64,000 nt of DNA from Myxococcota bacterium (GCA_963676915.2 CAXXVK010000043.1:128001-192000); one strand, 5' to 3'; positions 1-9,099 are shown, counted from the first letter of the stretch. The notes: generated by a model from the letters alone, not told the origin. Numbers and translations: made by a program.

Positions 1-132
1 CACCAGCAACGGTCCACCCTGGGCGATCAGTCCTTCGTTACGGCGAAGTGCCTGCTCGTAGAGGGCTTCCGTACCGAGATTGTAATATACGGCGGAAGGA
101 GAATGAATCCGAGCCTGGGTCAGGTTCAACAT
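1..132 (-). CDS. pckA: Phosphoenolpyruvate carboxykinase (ATP), 5' part (runs off window edge)
   Basis: Not in ORF track. Manual translation from ATG at 132 with AGGAGG RBS: MLNLTQARIHSPSAVYYNLGTEALYEQALRRNEGLIAQGGPLLV, matching the PckA N-terminal NL...LYE.A....EG....G.L.V pattern. Confidence 0.8.
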   Translation of the reverse strand, partial: MLNLTQARIHSPSAVYYNLGTEALYEQALRRNEGLIAQGGPLLV

Positions 133-177
133 GGTCGCCTCCTAAAACATCGGCTTTTTGTTTGGAATGAAAAAAAT

Positions 178-1098
178 TCAGTCGTTTTTGCTCCAGCGAT
201 CCAATCGCCGGGCGATGGTCGATAACATGGGTTCGTAACGGATTTGCGTGCCGTTGTGCTTTTCGAACATGTAATCCGCCAAAGGAAAATGATGCGGGCT
301 ACGTTCGTAGTTTACGGTCGAAGGAACAGGACCGAAGGTTTCCCGCGCAAGGAAGCGTTCCGCGTCCAACTCGCCTCCTCCGAAAAAGCTTGTGACTTTG
401 CAGGTTGTCTCCAGAACTTTTTGGAATTTATCGAAAAGTTCCTGTTGGCTGGGATAGCTCTCGATGACCTTTCGTTTGTTCTCCATTTCGGTGGCGGTGA
501 GCATGATTTCGTGACGGGTTCCGCGATACCAGGGTGCGAAGCGCATGGCGATAAGGATCGTCAACTCGTATTCGGGAAGCTGCATGAAAAGGATTTCCCG
601 ACCGATTTCCCGCTCGTACCGTTTCAGGGCGTAGGCTGTCAATAAATGAGTCAGATCGTGTTCCGGGTGCCCGCCTTGAAACGCCAGCGTCCATACGACA
701 TCGGGTTGCGTTTTGCGCAGAAAATTAAGCACTTGGTCGGCCATCTCCTCGAACATGTCCGTCAGAGAATCGTCTCCCCCGGCACGTCCGAGTTCCACGA
801 AACGATCGTAGATGGCGATCTCCGAGTGAGCCAGTTCAGTCATTTCTTCCGGTTTGCGACCCATGACCGTCATGGCGTTACGGCATTCGGCCAGACGTTT
901 TTCAGCGTAGCTTGCCGGATCTTCGTTGACGAACGGAGCGAGGCCGTCGCCGTTGGTCAGCCACAAAAAGCGCGAATCCTCACCCAAACGCTGAAACAGG
1001 CCGGAGTATCCCAACTCGTCGTCCTGGTGTGCGACGGTGACGGCATGGCGGGTTTCAGGAAGAAAAATGTAATTGGGGTAGGGCAGATATCGGCTCAT
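178..1098 (-). CDS. PIG-L/LmbE family deacetylase
   Basis: AHQDDE and GGHPEHD metal-binding motifs; start moved to ATG 1098 (GGAGG RBS). Confidence 0.8.
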   Translation of the reverse strand: MSRYLPYPNYIFLPETRHAVTVAHQDDELGYSGLFQRLGEDSRFLWLTNGDGLAPFVNEDPASYAEKRLAECRNAMTVMGRKPEEMTELAHSEIAIYDRFVELGRAGGDDSLTDMFEEMADQVLNFLRKTQPDVVWTLAFQGGHPEHDLTHLLTAYALKRYEREIGREILFMQLPEYELTILIAMRFAPWYRGTRHEIMLTATEMENKRKVIESYPSQQELFDKFQKVLETTCKVTSFFGGGELDAERFLARETFGPVPSTVNYERSPHHFPLADYMFEKHNGTQIRYEPMLSTIARRLDRWSKND

Positions 1099-1289
1099 GA
1101 CAACCTCCGAACAAAACGAATATGGCCGGGAGCATTTCACAACCTGGAGCGGAAGTCAAAAAACAATAACTTATGAGGCTTACAAGTTGGAATTATCGAT
1201 TGAAAACGAGGGGTTCGACGAGGCGAACGCACCAAAACGAGGAGGGGTTTCCTTTTGCGATAAAATGTCGCTTACGGGGATAAGTTTTC

Positions 1290-1353
1290 GTATGTTGGGT
1301 TGATTTTAGCCTGACATATTCGCATTGTCGGGCAAGAAATTTGCCCGACCTAC
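1290..1353. repeat. Degenerate GTAG-type REP doublet / possible terminator hairpin
   Basis: Minus strand reads GTAG-GTCGGGCAAATTTCTTGCCCGACA; it faces a decayed copy GTAT-GTTGGGTTGATTTTAGCCTGACA. Confidence 0.5.
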
Positions 1354-1388
1354 TTGTGACTATTGGAAAATCAAGTATAATCAATTGT

Positions 1389-3446
1389 TTACGGAGATTC
1401 CAAAAGCATCCGTACTCCCAACCAGACTTCACGCCCCGGATCGGGATAACCGTACTTCGTTTGGTAATACGAATCCAGCAGGTTCGTGGTTCGGAACCAG
1501 AGGGAAACGTGCTCGTCCCAGCGGTACTCCAGGCGCTGATTCCAAGTGAGATAAGCTCCCAGCTCTGCCCATCGCTGGGTGTCGGGATTTTTGTATTTCT
1601 GGGGTCCGGTCAGACGAAGACAGTGGGACCATTGCAGTCGGGGCATGAAATTTCCCGTGATTTCGAGGGTTGCCTTGTGTTCGGGTTTGTACTCCAGGCG
1701 GTTGTCCGGGGCGGGACGGTCTGTCAGTCGTCCGTGCAAGTAGGCATACGAAGCGCGCATCGAGAATTGGTGGACGGGACGAATAAAGAGCATCGCTTCC
1801 GCTCCGGCAAGTCTTGCCTGTCCCAGGTTTTGAATCTGGGTTTCGCCATCTCCGAGGTTTACCGGGTCGATTAAATCCGACACTTCGGCGTCGTAGCCGG
1901 AGGCGGCAACGTGCAACCAATCCATGGGGCGGTAGTCGATTTCAAGGCCGAAATGCCAGGCATGTTCCGGTTTGAGATCCGGGTTGGGTAGGTCGTTTCC
2001 GTAGACGCCCGAAAAGCGTTCTTTCAATGTGGGAAAGCGGGTCCGACCGGCAGCCGTGGCAGTAATTGCAAGAGATTTCATGGGGTTCCACGATCCTCGA
2101 ACCAGTGGCCCCCAACCTGTTTGCGGGTCGAGGGAAACGTCTCCGGTGGATTCCGGGATGTCGGCATCGATTTGGAGAGCGGCCAGAATCGAGCCATGGG
2201 TGGAATTTCCATACTCGATCTCCGGGGCGGCTGTTAGTAGCCAGCGAGAGAATTTTATCCGGTCGCTGCCGGTGTCGGAGCGCTTGGCGTGCTCGTCGCG
2301 CTGGGCGCTGGTCCAGAGTCTCAAAGAAAGATCACCGCCGCCAAGATCCTGAAATCGTTTAAAAATTCTGACTCTGGCTCCCGTAATGGTGTCATGTAGC
2401 CACGAATGAAACGCTTTGGCGCTGTCTTGTGTGGTGTACGTGGCGTCGTCGTAGGAGTCCAGCAGGTTTTCGAAGCGGCGCAGGTAGATTACGTCGTCGA
2501 TTTCGACGCCGCCCGGCAGTTGTCCCGCGTGGGACAGGCTGGCCCCGAGGGCGCGCCATTCGTTGAAACGCCAGTAATTCGGGGAGGTTTCGTCTACGCT
2601 GGGCGGGACGCCTTTTTCCCCGGAAAGAATCGAAGCCGAAAGCGTCAGCCGATGGCGCTCGTGCGGGTCCATAATGGCTTTGGCCAGTGCGAACGTGGTT
2701 GTTTTGTCGCTGTTGAGACGGATTTTTCCCGAATCGTTGCGTCCTCCCGGAAAATTTCGGGACAACGCGAAGCCGTCCCGCTCGAATCGCCCGGCGGTGA
2801 ACGAATAAGCAATGCGTTCTTTTCCCAGATTGAAGGAATATACCTGCTTACGCGAACCAACGCCGCCGATTTCGCCGAACTGGGAAAACGATACCCCATG
2901 CTCCGGTTTTCGCGTCACGATATTGATGGCTCCGCCCAAGCCGTTGGGACCGTACATCACCGATCCCGGTCCTTTGATCACCGTGATGCGTTCGATGGTT
3001 TCGGCGGGAAACATCGACAGATCCACTTGCCCATCATTGGGGATGTACGAGGGCACGCCGTCGATCAGCACCAGCGTCTGGCGTTGGTCGAAACCTCTCA
3101 TTTCGAAAATGCGTTCTCCACGGGAACCGGTCGTGGCATGGATAGCGGCCTGACTTTCGAGAATCTGGGCGGCGTCTTCGGCTCCCGAACGCTCGATGTC
3201 TTCCCGGCGGATGCGTTGAACGCTGATTCCCTGCCTTGCCGTTGCTTTACCGGATACCACGACCTCCTCCACCAGCATTCTGGAGTCGTCGGAAGTCTCT
3301 TCGGGTGGTGTCATTTCGATCGAAACCGCGTCGTCCCCACCATCGGTTTCATGTTCGGCGGAAAATGCCGCATGGGGAACGAAAAGGGTTCCCCATGCGG
3401 CCAACAGACAGAGAATAAAGCCTATCTCTCGTCGTTTATTGGACAC
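1389..3446 (-). CDS. TonB-dependent outer-membrane receptor
   Basis: Signal peptide, TonB-box-like EEVVVSG, plug motifs (MRGF..Q.LVLIDG; IERITVIKGPGSVMYG....GGAINIVTRK), NPDLKPE, C-terminal NLLD..Y....GYP.PGR beta strand. Confidence 0.95.
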   Translation of the reverse strand: MSNKRREIGFILCLLAAWGTLFVPHAAFSAEHETDGGDDAVSIEMTPPEETSDDSRMLVEEVVVSGKATARQGISVQRIRREDIERSGAEDAAQILESQAAIHATTGSRGERIFEMRGFDQRQTLVLIDGVPSYIPNDGQVDLSMFPAETIERITVIKGPGSVMYGPNGLGGAINIVTRKPEHGVSFSQFGEIGGVGSRKQVYSFNLGKERIAYSFTAGRFERDGFALSRNFPGGRNDSGKIRLNSDKTTTFALAKAIMDPHERHRLTLSASILSGEKGVPPSVDETSPNYWRFNEWRALGASLSHAGQLPGGVEIDDVIYLRRFENLLDSYDDATYTTQDSAKAFHSWLHDTITGARVRIFKRFQDLGGGDLSLRLWTSAQRDEHAKRSDTGSDRIKFSRWLLTAAPEIEYGNSTHGSILAALQIDADIPESTGDVSLDPQTGWGPLVRGSWNPMKSLAITATAAGRTRFPTLKERFSGVYGNDLPNPDLKPEHAWHFGLEIDYRPMDWLHVAASGYDAEVSDLIDPVNLGDGETQIQNLGQARLAGAEAMLFIRPVHQFSMRASYAYLHGRLTDRPAPDNRLEYKPEHKATLEITGNFMPRLQWSHCLRLTGPQKYKNPDTQRWAELGAYLTWNQRLEYRWDEHVSLWFRTTNLLDSYYQTKYGYPDPGREVWLGVRMLLESP

Positions 3447-5322
3447 TGGTTATTTTGATTTTGGAGAGATTGCGGACCTGCAAACAGCCCGGCATGTCGG
3501 AACCGTCGATCCAGATCAGTTTACGGATGTTCACATGTACGCGACCATCGGCGAAACGGTTGCCTGCCAGCGGAACGAGAGCCGTGCAATTGTCGGAATC
3601 CGCCGGGGTGTAGCCGTCGTTGGAAACGAATTCGGCCTGCAAATCAGCGATTGTTTCGTTGGGTAGCGCTACGGAAATGATGGCGTCCAGCTTGGCGTAT
3701 TCGGCGTTATCAATGGTTTCGAGTTCCACTTTGTTCAGCATGACGTCCGTGCTGTCACCGTCGAATTCGACCGTGACGCTGGGGGAATCGTCCGAGCCGT
3801 ACGCGAGAATCCGGTCCACGTCTTTGATTTTCAGGCAGCCGGGCAGGTTGGCGGTGTCATCCCAATACAGTTTACGGTCGCTCAGTCGAATGTATCCATA
3901 TTGAAGCAGAGAGCCGGTGACCGGTACGGATTCGTCGCAGTTGCTTCCGCCGTCCAGCGGCATGAAATCGTCACCCGCGATGAAGTCGTAGCGTAAGTCC
4001 TCGGGCGTTTCGTTCGGCAAGGCCAGCGAGACGATGGAAGACAGGTTGCAGTACAATTCGTCGCCGATGGTCGTTTTGGCGGCCTGCAACAGATCGACCG
4101 GATAGCTTTCGCCCTTGAACTCTACGGAAACCTGAGTGTTTTCAGGCATGTCGTAGACGGCGATGGTCGCGAGATCATTGACTTTCATGCAGCCGGGCAG
4201 GTTGGCGTCGTCCGCCCAGGTAAGGTTACGGCTTTCGGGATTCACGTAGCCGTAAGTCAGAAGATTTCCGGCCAGCGGAACGGAGCTGGAACAGTTGGAC
4301 GAATCGAGCGGAGAAAAGCCGTCGGCAGCATGGAAATTGAACATCAGGTCGGCGAGCGTGGCATCAGGCAGCGTCGCCTTGACGATGGATTCGAGCGGGA
4401 CGAGGTTTTCTTCTCCAACCGCGGTTGTGTCTAGCGTGTTGATTTTAACATCCTCGGCTGTTTCCCCGTACATGACTTTCACCAGCACATCGTCGGTGGG
4501 TTCCGGGGGTTCCGAGGCGTGAATGATTGCCAGATCTTTCACCGACAGACAGCCGGGTAGGTCGGCGGTTTCATCCCAGGTAAGGTCGGCGTCCTGGCTG
4601 TGAATGAAGCCCTTGGAAAGGTTCGAGCCTTCCAGCGGCATCATGCCGGAACAATTGGGAGAATCGGAAGCTTTGAAGCCGTCGGAGGCTTCGAAATCGT
4701 ACACCAGTTCGGTCACGTCGCGGTCCGTGATCGCCAGTGCTACCACGGAGGCCAGTTTGGCGTAGGATTCGCCGTCGATATCTTCCTGTTCTGCGTTACC
4801 CAGATCCACTTCGATTTCGTTGCCGTCGTAGGCGATTTTCACTTTCGCGGTGGCGTCGCTTGCGGTGACGAGAATCTGCGCCAGATCTTTGATGTGCAGA
4901 CAGCCGGGATATTCCAGCGTTGCATCCCAGATCAGGTTTCGGCTCGTGGGATGGATGTAACCATTGACCAGCAAATCTCCCGTGAGCGGGATCAAGCCTT
5001 CACAGTTCGTGGAATCCAGAGGCTGGAAACCGTCCCCGGCTACGAAGTCGTAGGTCAGGTTTTCCAGATTTTCGTTGGGAAGGGCAAGTTGCAGTACCGA
5101 AGTCAAGGTGACGTAGTTTTCGCCTTCCACGTCTTCGAGTGTGGCTTTGGACAGGTCCACATCTTCTCGTACGTCTCCGAATACCACCTCTACCGTCACC
5201 GGGTCGCCGGTTTGCGGGTCGTCGTCGCCATCATCGTTGGATTGATCCAGACAGCCCGTAAACACAAGCGCTGACAACGTAAACAGACTTAACAGCAGAG
5301 ACAAAGTGTTGAATTTTTTCAT
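3436..5322 (-). CDS. Lipoprotein with five tandem ~118-aa two-Cys repeats (putative substrate-binding protein)
   Basis: Lipobox LVFTG-C; five copies of F.A.DG[FY].P.DS.NC....PL.G.....G......L.W.....PGC...[KN]DL..I; ATGA overlap with the upstream gene. Confidence 0.85.
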   Translation of the reverse strand: MKKFNTLSLLLSLFTLSALVFTGCLDQSNDDGDDDPQTGDPVTVEVVFGDVREDVDLSKATLEDVEGENYVTLTSVLQLALPNENLENLTYDFVAGDGFQPLDSTNCEGLIPLTGDLLVNGYIHPTSRNLIWDATLEYPGCLHIKDLAQILVTASDATAKVKIAYDGNEIEVDLGNAEQEDIDGESYAKLASVVALAITDRDVTELVYDFEASDGFKASDSPNCSGMMPLEGSNLSKGFIHSQDADLTWDETADLPGCLSVKDLAIIHASEPPEPTDDVLVKVMYGETAEDVKINTLDTTAVGEENLVPLESIVKATLPDATLADLMFNFHAADGFSPLDSSNCSSSVPLAGNLLTYGYVNPESRNLTWADDANLPGCMKVNDLATIAVYDMPENTQVSVEFKGESYPVDLLQAAKTTIGDELYCNLSSIVSLALPNETPEDLRYDFIAGDDFMPLDGGSNCDESVPVTGSLLQYGYIRLSDRKLYWDDTANLPGCLKIKDVDRILAYGSDDSPSVTVEFDGDSTDVMLNKVELETIDNAEYAKLDAIISVALPNETIADLQAEFVSNDGYTPADSDNCTALVPLAGNRFADGRVHVNIRKLIWIDGSDMPGCLQVRNLSKIKITSVQ

Positions 5323-6530
5323 GATTCCTTCCTTGGTTCAGGGTTCGATTCGTTCAAAGATCTCTCCAGTTTTCTGTAAAAACTCTCGATGGAAACGTTT
5401 TTGTCTTCTACGTGAAACACGTGGTCGAAGCGCCCGAGCTGCTGCTCGATTTCGCTGTCACAGAGTCCTCGGACTCCCAAAAGGTACAGTCTTGCTTTGG
5501 CCGGTTCGGTCGGGTTGTCGAGCAACGCCCGGATGTGGCCCTTTCCCTGGGCTTCGAGTAGTCCGAGTTCGTCCACCACCAGCACATCACTGTTCGTTTT
5601 CGCCTGCGCGATACGTTGCGCTGCCCAGAACCAGCCTTTGGGATCGAAAGCGAAGCCCATCTGTCCGGGGTTCTTTTTATCGCGTTTTTGCGCGAACGGA
5701 CGCAAGCTGTTGTCCGATGGATCGAGAAGGTTGTAACCGGTCTTTTTGCCATCATCGAAAATGCCGGGTTGTATCACGCCACCCACCGAATATCCGTGTT
5801 CTTCCAGCGAGGCGATGAGTTTTTGCAGCGTGGCGGTTTTTCCCACGCCTTTATGACCGACTACCGCTGCGACAACGGGACGTCGTTCCATGCTTCGATC
5901 TCCTTGGGAAAGTCCGGGAACTCCTCCGCCGCGTTCGGCCATTTGCTCGGCGAACATGGCGGTTCGAACGATGGCATGTTGTGCCACGGCTACGAGTTTT
6001 TTTGAATAGGCCAGCTTTCCGGGACGCGTGTTATACGAGGAAAAATCGGCGGTCAGCCGGTCTTTCAGAACCGGGATCAATCCAAGCGCCACTTGCACGG
6101 CCAAGGTGATTTTTTCCAGGCCGACCCGCGCCGCCAGGCGTTGGATATGACCGAAATTCAGGTTGCGGCTGGCCCACATCACCAGGCCGAAAATGAAGGC
6201 TCCGCGGGCGATCATCAAGCCTCCGGCCTCCAGTCCGTAAAGACTGAAAGCGATCCCTCCCAATTCGATATCTCTCGGACCCAGTACGAGGCCGCTGGCC
6301 AGCGCGAACACCAGAGTAGCGAACCAGAAACGCGGTAGCCACATGCGTCGGAGCACCAGCCGGTCATAGGCCAGCAGGTTGAGCAACCACAGTCCCAACG
6401 CGGCCGCAGACATCCAGAACTCACCGCGAAACTGCATGATCAGGCACAACAGCGCCATCCACCCGGCAATGGAATTCCCCGTGTTTTTCGGTGCTTCACT
6501 CAACATCCGAATGTTCGTTGCACGGTTCAT
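5319..6530 (-). CDS. Membrane protein (ECF T-component-like) fused to a THEP1/DUF2478-type P-loop NTPase
   Basis: Hydrophobic N-terminal half ending in ALGLIPVLK (resembles the EcfT coupling helix); C-terminal GHKGVGKT Walker A, VGGVIQPG, GFAFD, VLVVDELGLLE Walker B. Start 6530 gives an ATGA overlap (track start 6551). Confidence 0.75.
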   Translation of the reverse strand: MNRATNIRMLSEAPKNTGNSIAGWMALLCLIMQFRGEFWMSAAALGLWLLNLLAYDRLVLRRMWLPRFWFATLVFALASGLVLGPRDIELGGIAFSLYGLEAGGLMIARGAFIFGLVMWASRNLNFGHIQRLAARVGLEKITLAVQVALGLIPVLKDRLTADFSSYNTRPGKLAYSKKLVAVAQHAIVRTAMFAEQMAERGGGVPGLSQGDRSMERRPVVAAVVGHKGVGKTATLQKLIASLEEHGYSVGGVIQPGIFDDGKKTGYNLLDPSDNSLRPFAQKRDKKNPGQMGFAFDPKGWFWAAQRIAQAKTNSDVLVVDELGLLEAQGKGHIRALLDNPTEPAKARLYLLGVRGLCDSEIEQQLGRFDHVFHVEDKNVSIESFYRKLERSLNESNPEPRKES

Positions 6531-7159
6531 GCGAGGTCCGTCCTGCTCCATTTACGATGCAATTCCTCTTTGGCGCTTTGTCCGAGCCTCAGACCAAGCA
6601 ACCCACCTGCGACACCCAATAGGGTAACAACGGACAGGAATACGGCCAGCGCCCACCAGCCGACGATATCGCCCAGACCGAGCGCTCGACCGGCTTTTTG
6701 CAGCAACACCACGTACAGCTCGATCAATTTTTCACTGTAAATCAGCCAAAGATAGGCTATTTGCTGAAAAACCGACCACATTGCTGCCAAAACGCCTCCA
6801 AGCGTTGCCGAAACGATGGAAATCGGAACGAGGCTCAAGGCCAACTCGACCATCAGCGATTCGGCCAGAATTCCCACCATCGGTTGGATGATGATGCCTC
6901 CCGGACTGATGGATTTACACATGGCGGCGATCACACCCGTCGCCAGGCTGATTCCCGGTTTGGAAATGAGTTGGCGTTGAGCTACCAGAACGGCGGCTCC
7001 GACCGCTGCCAGTCCTACACCTGCGAACGGCAGACGCAACGACATCAAAAACGAGCCGATGGTGATTTCGCAAAATCCCCACAGTGCGCCGAAAGCGGTG
7101 GCATAAGCCCAGAATCGTGCGGAATCGCGGCTGTTTTTCGTTTTCTGAGAAGGGGTCAT
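6527..7159 (-). CDS. Integral membrane protein, ECF S-component-like
   Basis: 210 aa with ~6 hydrophobic Gly/Ala-rich segments; FGALWG..E...GS.L..LRLPF.G N-terminal motif; first gene of the coupled operon. Confidence 0.65.
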   Translation of the reverse strand: MTPSQKTKNSRDSARFWAYATAFGALWGFCEITIGSFLMSLRLPFAGVGLAAVGAAVLVAQRQLISKPGISLATGVIAAMCKSISPGGIIIQPMVGILAESLMVELALSLVPISIVSATLGGVLAAMWSVFQQIAYLWLIYSEKLIELYVVLLQKAGRALGLGDIVGWWALAVFLSVVTLLGVAGGLLGLRLGQSAKEELHRKWSRTDLA

Positions 7160-7175
7160 CCCGAATTCCGTGGTG

Positions 7176-7216
7176 ATTATAATAGGAGAACCGTTATGTT
7201 CATCCCGATATAACGG
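7176..7216 (-). promoter_or_regulatory. Sigma70-type -10 box with an overlapping ModE-like operator
   Basis: Minus-strand TATAAT at 7176-7181; palindrome CGTTATGTT-CATCCC-GATATAACG at 7192-7215 (9-6-9 layout like the ModE consensus) covers the expected -35 position. Confidence 0.7.
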
Positions 7217-7257
7217 AAAACCGTAAAAAAGGCACGAAAATTCGGCGAGAATGTGCG

Positions 7258-7656
7258 CTAAAAAAGGAGGCGGTGACGGTAACGGCGGGGTAGGTGGGCT
7301 CCGATGCCGGCAATCAGGAATACGACGATCATCAATGTCCCCGCGTGGTCACGAAACAGGGGAAGGGTGAGCAAAATCAGGATCTTGACGATGGTAGACC
7401 ACCCCGCGACCTCGCGATACAATTGGCGATGGCGGGCGAATTCGGTGCCGATCAGCACGAGTCCGCTGGCCAGAGTCACCCAGACGTAAGGCAGCATCAG
7501 CGAGCGCTCGACCCCGAACAAATACCCGCCAAGCAGCGCACCGGCACCGATCAGATGAACGGCGCGAACGAAAACCGAACCGGTACGCAGCCATTGCGGG
7601 CGGTCGCCGGTTCGGCCTAGTTTCACATCGGTAGGTTTCGTTCGATCATTGGCCAT
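7258..7656 (-). CDS. Small membrane protein, function unknown
   Basis: 132 aa, ~4 hydrophobic segments, directly downstream of purF. Confidence 0.7.
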   Translation of the reverse strand: MANDRTKPTDVKLGRTGDRPQWLRTGSVFVRAVHLIGAGALLGGYLFGVERSLMLPYVWVTLASGLVLIGTEFARHRQLYREVAGWSTIVKILILLTLPLFRDHAGTLMIVVFLIAGIGAHLPRRYRHRLLF

Positions 7657-7689
7657 GAAAGGAAAACCTTTCAGGAATTTTACGAATGT

Positions 7690-9084
7690 TTACTCTTTCA
7701 CTTTGCGCTTGCGGCGTTCGGTTTTCGGCACCTCTACCGGATATTTCCCGGAGAAACAGGCGTGGCAGAACCTTTCCGGCTCTTGACCGGTCGAAGCGAT
7801 CATGCCATCGATCGACAGGTACGCTAGCGTAGATGCGCCGATTTTGCGGCAAATACCTTCCACGGTATTGTTGGCGGCAAGCAATTCTTCTTCCGAAGGC
7901 GTATCGATGCCGTAATAACAGGGGGATTTCGTTGGCGGAGCACTGATGCGCACGTGGACTTCCCTTGCTCCGGCAGCCCAGAAAAGTTGCACGAGTTTCT
8001 CTGAGGTCGTGCCTCGTACGATCGAATCGTCGATGACCACCACGCGCTTCCCTCGGATGAGCGACTCGACCGGGCCGAGCTTCAACTTTACGCCGAAATG
8101 GCGGATATTGCTGGATGGCTCAATGAAGGTACGGCCCACGTAGTGGCTGCGGATCAGTCCCATTTCGAAAGGAATTCCGGACTCTTCCGCGTATCCGATA
8201 GCCGCCGCAACGCCCGAGTCCGGCACCGGAACGACGAGATCCGCTTCGACGGGAGATTCTTTGGCCAGCGCCCGACCCATGCGCTTACGGCTTTCGTAGA
8301 CATTCGAGCCGAACAGGAACGAATCGGGACGGGCGAAATAGACGTGCTCGAAAATGCAATTGGCCTGCCGTGGGCTTTCTTGAAGCTTGCGGCTGCACAT
8401 GGATTTTCCCTTGATGACGATCATCTCGCCGGGATGAATCTCACGCACGTATTGACCTTCGATAAGACCCAACGCCGTGGTTTCACTCGCCACAACCCAC
8501 GAACCGTTCAATTTGCCCAGAATCAGCGGGCGGAAGCCGAAGCGGTCCCGTGCGGCGATGATTTTGTCTTCCTTGATGAACACGAGGCTGTAGGCGCCTT
8601 CGACCTGCTGGAGCGCCTCGGCGATACGGTCCTGCGCCAGTTCGTGCTTAGAACGGGCGATCAGGTGGAGAATCACCTCGGTGTCGGAGGTGGTGCGGAA
8701 AATCGAACCTCGTGCTTCCAACTCGGAACGCAGCCGATTGGCATTGACGAGATTGCCGTTGTGGGCAATGGCCAGTTGTCCGCCCCAATAGCCGATCAAA
8801 AACGGCTGGGCGTTTTTCAGGTGGCTGGTACCGGAGGTGGAATAGCGAACGTGCCCGATGGCGGAGCGTCCCGGAAGTTTTTCGATCACGTCGGGGGTGA
8901 AAATATCGCTCACCAGCCCCATTTGCCGGTGAATGTAGATATGTTCGCCGTCTGCCGAGCAGATTCCCGCGCTTTCCTGTCCACGGTGCTGGAGGCCGTG
9001 CAAACCCAGGTAGGCATATTTCGAAGCCTCTTCGTGGTCCGCAATCGCGAATACTCCACATTCCTCGTGAATTTCACCGGACAT
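7690..9084 (-). CDS. purF: Amidophosphoribosyltransferase
   Basis: EECGVF, LQHRGQESAGI, GHVRYST, VVVIDDSIVRGTTS, Fe-S cysteines (CHACF). Confidence 0.98.
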   Translation of the reverse strand: MSGEIHEECGVFAIADHEEASKYAYLGLHGLQHRGQESAGICSADGEHIYIHRQMGLVSDIFTPDVIEKLPGRSAIGHVRYSTSGTSHLKNAQPFLIGYWGGQLAIAHNGNLVNANRLRSELEARGSIFRTTSDTEVILHLIARSKHELAQDRIAEALQQVEGAYSLVFIKEDKIIAARDRFGFRPLILGKLNGSWVVASETTALGLIEGQYVREIHPGEMIVIKGKSMCSRKLQESPRQANCIFEHVYFARPDSFLFGSNVYESRKRMGRALAKESPVEADLVVPVPDSGVAAAIGYAEESGIPFEMGLIRSHYVGRTFIEPSSNIRHFGVKLKLGPVESLIRGKRVVVIDDSIVRGTTSEKLVQLFWAAGAREVHVRISAPPTKSPCYYGIDTPSEEELLAANNTVEGICRKIGASTLAYLSIDGMIASTGQEPERFCHACFSGKYPVEVPKTERRKRKVKE

Positions 9085-9099
9085 CGTTTCGCCTTTCTC

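Noticed and set aside
7160-7257. Cobalamin riboswitch or Fur box for the TonB operon
   Set aside because: The 98-bp gap has no B12-box and no convincing GATAATGATAATCATTATC match; the ModE-like palindrome fits better.
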